Source: an uncultured Candidatus Saccharibacteria bacterium (GTDB lineage: Bacteria; Patescibacteriota; Minisyncoccia; UBA11713; 2-01-FULL-45-33). Taken from it: a stretch of 32,000 nucleotides of DNA. The notes below the pieces were generated by a model. The model saw only the letters and a program-made list of their open reading frames with translations. It had not been told where the DNA came from and ran no database searches. The DNA lies in assembly GCA_964367075.1 (NCBI GenBank), contig CAYIWH010000007.1, positions 185 through 32,184 on the forward strand, in the 5' to 3' direction. Position numbers and translations under genes: made by a program. This document shows positions 16,855 through 23,972 of this stretch, piece by piece. How positions within the stretch are numbered: the first letter of the stretch is position 1; every line of letters starts with the position of its first letter.

Positions 16855-18093
16855 GTGCAAGAAAATATTAAATATTTAATTGTAGGGGGAGGGGTTGCAG
16901 GTACCACGGCGGCAGAAATCATTCGCAGTGTTGATAAAGACGGCAGTATCGCGATCGTTTCGGACGAACTGTACAGGCTTTATTCGAGAATAATGCTTTC
17001 GAAGCCGAATTTTTTTCTTGAAAAAATTCCATTTGACAATGTTTGGCTAAAAACGGATGATTGGTACAAAAAAAACAACATTGAATTTATAAACGGCAAA
17101 AAAGCAGTTTCTATTGATGTCACAAACAAAACAATTACACTTAATGATGACAAAACTATCAAATATGAAAAATTGCTTCTCGCGATCGGCAGTTCTACAA
17201 GAGCGTGGGAAGCGCCAGGAGCAAATAAAAAAGGAGTTTTTTATTTGCGCACACTCGATGACGCCAAAAAAATAATCGCCGAAGTTAAAACAGCCAAAGA
17301 AGCTGTATGCGTAGGCGGAGGATTTGTGAGCTTTGAGATGTGCGACATGCTAAAGATGGCGGGGATTGATGTGACGCTTGTCCTGAGAGAATCGCACTAC
17401 TGGGAGCCACTGTTGGATGAACCGTCAGGGCGCATTATCGAGGAGGCTTTAAAAAAAGGGGGAGTAAAAATAATTTTAAATTCAGAAACAAAGGAAATTT
17501 TAGGAGGTGAAAAAGTAGAGAGTATTGTACTAAATAATGGGCGCACGATTCCTTGTCAAATTATTATCGCCGGCATTGGCGTTTGCTGTCAGCTGGAACA
17601 AATAAAATCATCAGGCATTCAAACAAATCGAGGTATTCTCGCAAACGAGTACCTTGAGACAAATATTACGGATATTTATACTGCTGGCGATTGTGCAGAA
17701 TTTAAAGATGTTATTTTGGGAGAAAGCGTTCAATTGGGCAATTGGGTCAACGCACAGATGCAGGGCAAAATCGCTGGGGGAAATATGACGGGCAAAAAAG
17801 ATCCGTTCAAAATGGTGTCGTTTTATACTACACAAGGATTTGGTATTACAATTGCGTTTGTAGGCGATGTTCGCCCAAGCGCGGATCGCTCCATTATCAC
17901 ACGAGGTTCTTTTGAGATCGGTTCGTACGGAAGGATTATTATAAAAGATGGCGAGATAATAGGCGCTACATTAATTAATCGCACACAGGAGTTGTGGACC
18001 ATCTCAAAATTAATAGAAAAAGATTTCAAAATTGCCGGACACGAAACCGAATTATCAAACCCAGATTGTAAATTACAAGAGCTGATAAAATAA
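16855..18093 (+). CDS. FAD-dependent pyridine nucleotide-disulfide oxidoreductase (ferredoxin/rubredoxin-reductase-like)
   Basis: YLIVGGGVAGTTAAE (FAD GxGxxG), AVCVGGGFVSFEMCDML (NAD(P) site), YTAGDCAEF. The GTG start at 16855 is chosen because the longer ORF overlaps the ferredoxin gene, so the start is uncertain. Confidence 0.8.
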   Translation: MQENIKYLIVGGGVAGTTAAEIIRSVDKDGSIAIVSDELYRLYSRIMLSKPNFFLEKIPFDNVWLKTDDWYKKNNIEFINGKKAVSIDVTNKTITLNDDKTIKYEKLLLAIGSSTRAWEAPGANKKGVFYLRTLDDAKKIIAEVKTAKEAVCVGGGFVSFEMCDMLKMAGIDVTLVLRESHYWEPLLDEPSGRIIEEALKKGGVKIILNSETKEILGGEKVESIVLNNGRTIPCQIIIAGIGVCCQLEQIKSSGIQTNRGILANEYLETNITDIYTAGDCAEFKDVILGESVQLGNWVNAQMQGKIAGGNMTGKKDPFKMVSFYTTQGFGITIAFVGDVRPSADRSIITRGSFEIGSYGRIIIKDGEIIGATLINRTQELWTISKLIEKDFKIAGHETELSNPDCKLQELIK

Positions 18094-18100
18094 AAACAAC

Positions 18101-18589
18101 ATGGACGAAAAAATAAAAATCGGATGGTTTTCTTTTTCGTGCTGTGAGGACAGTACTATTGTGTTTACGGAAATAATGAACGACCATTGGCAAGATTGGA
18201 AAAAAATGTTTGATTTTAGGCACGTCAGAGTTTTAAAATCGCACAATATTTTAGACTCTCTCGATGTTGCTTTTATTGAAGGGGCAATCGCTTCAGATGA
18301 GCATACCGCCAAAGTCAAAGAAATTCGTGAAAAGTCAAAGATTGTAGTAGCCATTGGCGCGTGCGCAGTTGTAGGTATGCCCGCAGGTCAGCGTAATTTT
18401 TTTACTGAAGGACAAAAAAAAGAAATTGAATTTCTTATCGCACGATTTAATGCTCTTCCAAAGGTTTTGAAGCTCTCAGACGTTATCAAAGTGGATGCGG
18501 AAGTTGGTGGATGCCCAATGGACCCAAATAAATTTTTGGAGGCGGTTAATGGCATTGTAACTACTTTAAAAAATCCAGCTCCAAAATAA
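18101..18589 (+). CDS. [NiFe]-hydrogenase small subunit, short soluble type (group 3 / sulfhydrogenase delta-like)
   Basis: IGWFSFSCCEDS...AFIEGAI...VAIGACAVVGMPAGQRN...VGGCPMD: NuoB/20-kDa-like proximal-cluster cysteines in a ~160-aa protein. Confidence 0.8.
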   Translation: MDEKIKIGWFSFSCCEDSTIVFTEIMNDHWQDWKKMFDFRHVRVLKSHNILDSLDVAFIEGAIASDEHTAKVKEIREKSKIVVAIGACAVVGMPAGQRNFFTEGQKKEIEFLIARFNALPKVLKLSDVIKVDAEVGGCPMDPNKFLEAVNGIVTTLKNPAPK

Positions 18590-18590
18590 T

Positions 18591-19706
18591 ATGATTACTG
18601 GGCTCACCGCGTTTTCTTACCAAAATATTGCAAAACCAATATTTTTTTTAATTGATCCGGAAAAAGTACACGACAATATGACAAGGCTTGGAGGGAGTCT
18701 CGGCGGCAGCAAAATGATGGTTTCGCTTTTAGCGCGCGCGTTTAATTTTGAAAACCAGATCTTGGAACAAAAAATTTGGAATATAAATTTTAAAAATCCA
18801 GTCGGACTTGCAGCCGGCCTTGATAAAAATGCAAGGCTTACCCAAATATTACCGTCTTTGGGATTTGGATTTGAAGAGATTGGCTCGATTACTTTGGAAG
18901 AAAGCGAAGGCAATCCTCGTCCTCGATTGAGCCGATTGCCTCAAAGCCAAGGGCTTGTTGTAAATTATGGCCTTGCCAACATGGGCGCGGAAAAAATATT
19001 AAAACATCTTTCTGCTAAAAACCACTCATTCCCGATTGGCATTAGCATAGCAAAAACAAATTCTCCGCGCACCGCCGATAAGCAATCAGGAATTGATGAT
19101 TATGTAAAATGTTTTCAAAAAGTAGTGCAAAGCAATTTGGGCAATTACATTACTATAAATATAAGCTGTCCAAATGCGTACGGAGGAGAACCATTTACTA
19201 AACCGCAAGATCTGGACGACTTGCTTGATGTTTTGTATAAAATTTCAAACAAAAAACCTATTGCAATAAAAATGCCGGCTGACGTGAGCACAGAAGAATT
19301 TCACGCACTGCTTTTAGTATGTAAGAAATACAAAGTGAATGGAATTATATTGTCCAATTTAACGAAACAAAGAGAGTCGCCGTGTATATCGCAAAAAGAA
19401 ATTAAAAACGCAATACCAAAAGGAGGTATTAGCGGAAAGCCTTGTTGGAATAAGTCCAATCAATTGATACAATATGCTTATAAGAATTTTAAAGACGATT
19501 TTACAATTATTGGTTGTGGTGGTATTTTTTCTGCCGAAGACGCGTACATCAAAATACGGCTTGGCGCGTCTTTAGTACAATTGATTACCGGTCTTATTTT
19601 TAAGGGACCACAGCTTGTATGTCAAATAAATCAAGGACTTGCGTCTTTATTGAGAAAGGACGGATTTAATAACATAAAAGAAGCGATCGGCGCAGATAAT
19701 AAATAA
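18591..19706 (+). CDS. pyrD: Dihydroorotate dehydrogenase, class-2-like architecture
   Basis: FKNPVGLAAGLDKN, GFGFEEIGSIT, PRPRLSRL, VVNYGLANMG, ITINISCPNA, ILSNLT, GGISGKP, IIGCGGIFSAEDAY, GASLVQLITGLIFKGPQLV. Colinear with E. coli PyrD including the N-terminal extension. Confidence 0.85.
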   Translation: MITGLTAFSYQNIAKPIFFLIDPEKVHDNMTRLGGSLGGSKMMVSLLARAFNFENQILEQKIWNINFKNPVGLAAGLDKNARLTQILPSLGFGFEEIGSITLEESEGNPRPRLSRLPQSQGLVVNYGLANMGAEKILKHLSAKNHSFPIGISIAKTNSPRTADKQSGIDDYVKCFQKVVQSNLGNYITINISCPNAYGGEPFTKPQDLDDLLDVLYKISNKKPIAIKMPADVSTEEFHALLLVCKKYKVNGIILSNLTKQRESPCISQKEIKNAIPKGGISGKPCWNKSNQLIQYAYKNFKDDFTIIGCGGIFSAEDAYIKIRLGASLVQLITGLIFKGPQLVCQINQGLASLLRKDGFNNIKEAIGADNK

Positions 19707-19710
19707 AACT

Positions 19711-21000
19711 ATGCATACTATAGATTTAAAATTTGATCATTTTACAAAAGTTGAGGGTGCGGCAACATTGGATGTAAAAATCCGTGACGGAAAGGTAGAG
19801 GACGTTCATTTTAAAATAGAAGAATATAAAAGATTTTTTACAAAGGCGATAGAAGGCAAACCAATCATCGCTCTTCCACAGCTTCTTTCAAGAATTTGCG
19901 GCACATGTTCCAATGCACATATTTTGTGCAGTATTGAGGCGTGTGAACACGCTTTGGATATTGAGCCATCAGAGCAAACAAAGCTTTTGAGGCGACTTAC
20001 AATGTATGGTTTAAATATTCGCGATCATGCTTTGCATTTGTATCTTTTTGCAATGCCGGATATTTATGGTAAAGATGCTTTTTTGGATTTTGACGAAAAT
20101 GATTCAGAGCAACATCAGCTTTTGCACGATGCTTTTGAAATGAAAGCGGCAGGAAATTATTTGGCAACGATCATAGCGGGCCGAAGCGTGCACGCGACCT
20201 ATCCTACAATCGGAGGATTTACTCATTTTCCAAGCGCTGAAGAAATCGCAGAGGCAATCAAAAAAATGGAAAACATTAGGCCGGCTGTTTTGCGTCTTAT
20301 TGAAATATTCAAAAAAGCACCATTTCATTTTGATAGAAAAACAAGTTTTATGGCACTTGTGCCGAAAGATGTATATGGTTTTATTGACGGAGTTATAAAA
20401 ACTGACGACGGCGAAACAATAGAAGAAAAAGATTATCGAGATCATTTGGAGAGAGTGGTACTACCGTATTCTCAAGCGTCTGCGTATAAACACAAAAGAG
20501 GCTCGTATATGGTAGGATCTCTTGCAAGAATAAATCTTGCAAAAAATTTGTTGCACGAAAAAACAAAAGAATCTTTGTGGACCACATTAGATATTTTTCC
20601 ATCTACGGATATTTTTGCTAACAATATCGCGCAAGCAATTGAAATTTTGCATTCTTTGGACCACGCAATAGAGCTTTTAAAATCAAACACATTTGCACAA
20701 GAAGAGATTATAAAAAAAGAGTCTAGGGAAGCGACTGGCGTTGGAGTTGTAGAAGCGCCTCGCGGGACTTTGTATCATAAATATGATTTAGGAAAAGATG
20801 GGCTTGTGAAAAGCGGGGAAGTAATAGTACCCACAGGACAAAATCAAGTAAATATTGAAGAAGATATATTTGTGCTTGTGCAAAATCTTCTCCCTAATAC
20901 ATCAAAAGAAAAAATCCAATTCGAAATAGAAAAACTAATTCGCGCTTACGATCCATGCATGTCCTGTGCCGCACATTTTTTGAAAGTTAATTGGGAATAA
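19711..21000 (+). CDS. [NiFe]-hydrogenase large (catalytic) subunit
   Basis: N-terminal Ni-binding motif RICGTCSNAH and C-terminal DPCMSCAAH, followed by a 7-aa tail (FLKVNWE). Confidence 0.9.
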   Translation: MHTIDLKFDHFTKVEGAATLDVKIRDGKVEDVHFKIEEYKRFFTKAIEGKPIIALPQLLSRICGTCSNAHILCSIEACEHALDIEPSEQTKLLRRLTMYGLNIRDHALHLYLFAMPDIYGKDAFLDFDENDSEQHQLLHDAFEMKAAGNYLATIIAGRSVHATYPTIGGFTHFPSAEEIAEAIKKMENIRPAVLRLIEIFKKAPFHFDRKTSFMALVPKDVYGFIDGVIKTDDGETIEEKDYRDHLERVVLPYSQASAYKHKRGSYMVGSLARINLAKNLLHEKTKESLWTTLDIFPSTDIFANNIAQAIEILHSLDHAIELLKSNTFAQEEIIKKESREATGVGVVEAPRGTLYHKYDLGKDGLVKSGEVIVPTGQNQVNIEEDIFVLVQNLLPNTSKEKIQFEIEKLIRAYDPCMSCAAHFLKVNWE

Positions 21001-21024
21001 ATAATTTTGAAAAAGGATGACAAA

Positions 21025-21045
21025 ATCGTATCAAAATGATACGAT
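21025..21045. promoter_or_regulatory. Inverted repeat ATCGTATC-N5-GATACGAT plus a third half-site GATACGA (21060-21066) just upstream of fic; candidate operator
   Basis: Perfect 8-bp arms read from the sequence. The downstream protein starts with a winged-helix-like domain. Confidence 0.4.
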
Positions 21046-21068
21046 AAATATGCTCAAATGATACGAAA

Positions 21069-22124
21069 ATGATTAAAATTAGCCAAAAACAACAAGAAAT
21101 CATATTAATTCTTCTTAAAAAGGAAGGCATGAGTTCCTCGGCTATTTATGCTGAGCTGACTAGTGGTGGCGCACAAACTTCATTAGTTACTATAAAGCGC
21201 TCTCTATCAAAAATGCAATCGCAAGGCATTTTGAAGGTTTCTGGAAGGGGACGAGCCACAAATTATGATGTTTCTGTAACAGGAAGAATTTTTATTGATA
21301 TAAACGCGCATGAGTATTGTTCTATTGATCCAGACAAAAGATTTGGTATGAAAAATTTTAATTTTGAACTTTTTGCAAATATTCCATCTCAAATATTTTC
21401 AGATGACGAATCAAAACAGCTTTATAATTCTACTCAGCAATATTTACAAAGAACAAAAAATATTTCAGTTACTATACAAAAAAAAGAACTGGAAAGATTG
21501 ATTATTGAGCTTGCGTGGAAATCTTCCAAAATTGAAGGTAACACATATACTCTTCTTGATACAGAAAAGCTTATTGTAAAAAACGAAGAAGCTGTGGGTC
21601 ATGATAAAAAAGAGACGACTATGATTATTAATCACAAAAACGCCTTTAACTTTATTCACGACAATTCAGATATTTTTAAAATTTTAACACATGCAAATTT
21701 GGAAAAACTACATTCAATTCTGGTACAAAATTTAAGTGTTGGCATTGGATTGCGTCAAAAACCAGTTGGGGTCATAGGATCTAAATACCAACCACTTGAT
21801 AATTTACGTCAGATTTCAGAAGCAATAGAAGCGCTCTCGGCGACAATTACGAAAATAAAATCACCATATGCCAAATCTTTAGTTGCGTTGCTCGGTATTA
21901 GTTATATTCAACCATTTGAAGACGGAAACAAAAGAACAGCTCGTTTAATGGCAAACGCATTGCTTTTGGCATATGGGCTTGCACCACTTTCATACAGAAG
22001 TGTTGATGAAACCGAATATAGAGAAGCAACAATTGTTTTTTATGAAATAAATTCATTAATGTCGTTGAAAAAAATATTTATTGACCAATATGATTTTGCC
22101 GCAAAAACATATACGGTAAAATAA
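21069..22124 (+). CDS. Fic/Doc-family protein with N-terminal wHTH-like domain; active-site motif QPFEDGNKRTAR (Gln in place of the catalytic His)
   Basis: Fic core motif at 21909-21944. An inhibitory-helix-like SSKIEGN ((S/T)xxxE(G/N)) lies at 21522-21542. N-terminal SSAIYAEL...LVTIKRSLSKMQSQGIL resembles a wHTH. Confidence 0.85.
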   Translation: MIKISQKQQEIILILLKKEGMSSSAIYAELTSGGAQTSLVTIKRSLSKMQSQGILKVSGRGRATNYDVSVTGRIFIDINAHEYCSIDPDKRFGMKNFNFELFANIPSQIFSDDESKQLYNSTQQYLQRTKNISVTIQKKELERLIIELAWKSSKIEGNTYTLLDTEKLIVKNEEAVGHDKKETTMIINHKNAFNFIHDNSDIFKILTHANLEKLHSILVQNLSVGIGLRQKPVGVIGSKYQPLDNLRQISEAIEALSATITKIKSPYAKSLVALLGISYIQPFEDGNKRTARLMANALLLAYGLAPLSYRSVDETEYREATIVFYEINSLMSLKKIFIDQYDFAAKTYTVK

Positions 22125-22181
22125 ATGTATTATCCATGTATGTCCTGCGCCGCACACTTTCTTAAAATGAATTGGAAATAG
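22125..22181 (+). pseudogene. Orphan copy of the last ~17 codons of a [NiFe]-hydrogenase large-subunit gene
   Basis: ATG TAT TAT CCA TGT ATG TCC TGC GCC GCA CAC TTT CTT AAA ATG AAT TGG AAA TAG = MYYPCMSCAAHFLKMNWK*. Starts directly after the fic stop codon. Confidence 0.7.
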
Positions 22182-22283
22182 ACAAATAAATTTTAAAACT
22201 ATACAATTGACTTTTTTAGTTAATAATATAGTCTGAAGGAAGAGGCGCACATTAACAATTCTGCGCCAAAGGAAGGGGTTAAA

Positions 22284-22580
22284 ATGGCAACAAAAAAAGA
22301 TAAAATAAGATCTGATTTATTTTTTAATCCCCACAAATGGTCAATAGAAATAATTAAATATAAAGGTAAATTTCCCAAAGAACAATACCCTGGATACCGT
22401 CGCATTCCATCACTAGCCATGCTTGTTCTGGGACCACTTATGGGAGGAGCATTTGTAATTTTTTTGCCCGTATTGGGTTTTGTATTGATTACAGGTTTAA
22501 CTATTAAGAAATTAGTACAAATGGCAAAACAAGTTGGAATTCCATATAAGGTAATAAGGGTAAAATCTGAAGCAAAATAA
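22284..22580 (+). CDS. Small membrane protein, hypothetical
   Basis: Good SD (AAGGAAGGGG, 6 nt before the ATG), one or two TM helices (LAMLVLGPLMGGAFVIFLPVLGFVLITGL), followed by a terminator. Confidence 0.5.
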   Translation: MATKKDKIRSDLFFNPHKWSIEIIKYKGKFPKEQYPGYRRIPSLAMLVLGPLMGGAFVIFLPVLGFVLITGLTIKKLVQMAKQVGIPYKVIRVKSEAK

Positions 22581-22591
22581 TAAAACATCAT

Positions 22592-22612
22592 GCTCTCGAA
22601 AGAGAGCTTTTT
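22592..22612 (+). terminator. Rho-independent terminator
   Basis: GCTCTC-GAAA-GAGAGC followed by TTTTT. Confidence 0.7.
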
Positions 22613-22613
22613 A

Positions 22614-22985
22614 TTATGAAAAGCCTAAAATAGGAAAAATCTTTTCTATTGCTTCTTTTTCAGAAGTTGTCGAGGGAACGCCAATTATTTTTATTTTTTT
22701 TAATTTGTCGAGTTTGTCTAAAAATTTTAAATTGGCATATACATCAAAATCGTGCATTGTGATATTTGGCGCTTGAGAAAAATCTTTGATGCTATCAAAT
22801 ATAGTTATTTTGTCTATACCAAGCACCGTATCAATAATAATAAGCCCATCTGGAATATCCCAATCTTCATTTGGATCTTTTATTTCAAAATCAATTTTTG
22901 GGAACATTTTTTTCAGCTCCGGAAGTATTTTTAACGGAGTTGAATCAAAGTCTAATTCCCAATTGCCAAAAACAAAAACTTTCAT
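22614..22985 (-). CDS. Hydrogenase maturation endopeptidase-like protein (HycI/HybD family)
   Basis: VFVFGNWELDFDS, LIIIDTV and ITMHDF align with the GNxxxxDD / D / H metal-ligand positions of HycI/HybD. Size is ~120 aa. Confidence 0.55.
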   Translation of the reverse strand: MKVFVFGNWELDFDSTPLKILPELKKMFPKIDFEIKDPNEDWDIPDGLIIIDTVLGIDKITIFDSIKDFSQAPNITMHDFDVYANLKFLDKLDKLKKIKIIGVPSTTSEKEAIEKIFPILGFS

Positions 22986-23039
22986 ACTTTATATTTTATT
23001 AGTGTGAATTACAAAGCATCACTCAACAGTACTTTTTCT

Positions 23040-23132
23040 GGAACCTTTGCATGGTATGCAAAGGTTCCGTAATTTTCTGACTGAAAATTCGCTTCTTCCT
23101 GCCTGCCGGTAGGCAGGCTCGCTCCGTCGAGC
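23040..23132. repeat. Cluster of three GC-rich hairpins in a 200-bp spacer
   Basis: Perfect 13-bp stem GGAACCTTTGCAT-GGT-ATGCAAAGGTTCC (23040-23068); GCCTGCC-GGTA-GGCAGGC (23101-23118); GCTCG-CTCCGT-CGAGC (23117-23132). Confidence 0.5.
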
Positions 23133-23186
23133 TACAAAAATCCCAAAAAAAATACTGTTTTCGTGATTGTTTGTCACTCAAAGCTT

Positions 23187-23972
23187 TCATATATTTTCAT
23201 TCGCGAGCGCAATGCTCTTTAGCGTATAATACTCAATTGTTTTTGCCTTTTTCTCACTTATCACTTCGCATGGCACGCCCCAATGAATAGAAACAATATC
23301 ACCGATTTTCACATCGTCTATTTCAATGCTGGATTCCAGAGAGCGGGCTATTTTGCGTTTTTCAATATTTCCCAGTTTAAGCTTATTTTTAATAAAAATT
23401 AATGACTTTGTCGCAACAGTGATAAATGGTCCGTCTATTTTTTCTACTTTGCCAGAGCTTATTCTACATTCGTTCATACTTTCTAATGTGTGCGCTTCTT
23501 CTAAATGACCTGTGCGTTTCCAAATATTAAAAACGTGAAAAGAATGGTGCGGAAGAGCACCGTTTTTTATTTTTTCTTTTATTTTTTCAAAAGATTTTGA
23601 GCCAACTTTGTTTTTTATATTTTGATCTTCTAAAAGATGTCTATAAAAAGATTGTTTGTCAATTTTTTCTAACAAATTATTTCCTATCCAATATGCTTCC
23701 ACCACCCTAACATCAAAAGGGTCGCTGATTTTATTTGCTCTGGCTATATAATTAAGATAAGGATACATTGTTTGAAATTGTTTCAACAATGTCTCAATGC
23801 TGGGATCCGAAATTCCCTCTTTTATATATGACAAAATTTCTTCATTCGCATCAGGGCCACAATAATGAAGCCGATTTGGCCCAAATGCGTATTTTGCACA
23901 AAGAATTATTCCGTCTTGTTTAAGAAGAGAAATATTTTCCTCGTTTTTTGTATATTGAATATATTGTTTCAA
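23187..23972 (-). CDS. Hypothetical protein with a C-terminal HypC/HupF-like segment
   Basis: C-terminal ECRISSGKVEKIDG...VKIGDIVSIHWGVPCEVISEKKA parallels HypC (MCIGVPGQI..IDG...G.WVLVHVGFA...I.E.EA). The start is a TTG and overlaps the upstream gene by 53 nt, so it is uncertain. Confidence 0.45.
   Translation of the reverse strand: MKQYIQYTKNEENISLLKQDGIILCAKYAFGPNRLHYCGPDANEEILSYIKEGISDPSIETLLKQFQTMYPYLNYIARANKISDPFDVRVVEAYWIGNNLLEKIDKQSFYRHLLEDQNIKNKVGSKSFEKIKEKIKNGALPHHSFHVFNIWKRTGHLEEAHTLESMNECRISSGKVEKIDGPFITVATKSLIFIKNKLKLGNIEKRKIARSLESSIEIDDVKIGDIVSIHWGVPCEVISEKKAKTIEYYTLKSIALANENI

Larger units (their letters stand above)
21001..22124 (+). mobile_element. Putative inserted cassette carrying a Fic gene, bounded by diverged duplicates of the hydrogenase large-subunit 3' end
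   Basis: 20950-21000 and 22131-22181 are 41/51 identical and both encode (D/Y)PCMSCAAHFLK(V/M)NW(E/K)-stop. No recombinase lies between them. Confidence 0.5.

Noticed and set aside
23095-23135. Possible tRNA or tRNA fragment in the GC-rich hairpin region
   Set aside because: The minus strand has a D-arm-like GCTC-GACG-GAGC, but no register gives a 5-bp anticodon stem with a 7-nt loop, a T arm (GTTCRANNC) or a paired acceptor stem.
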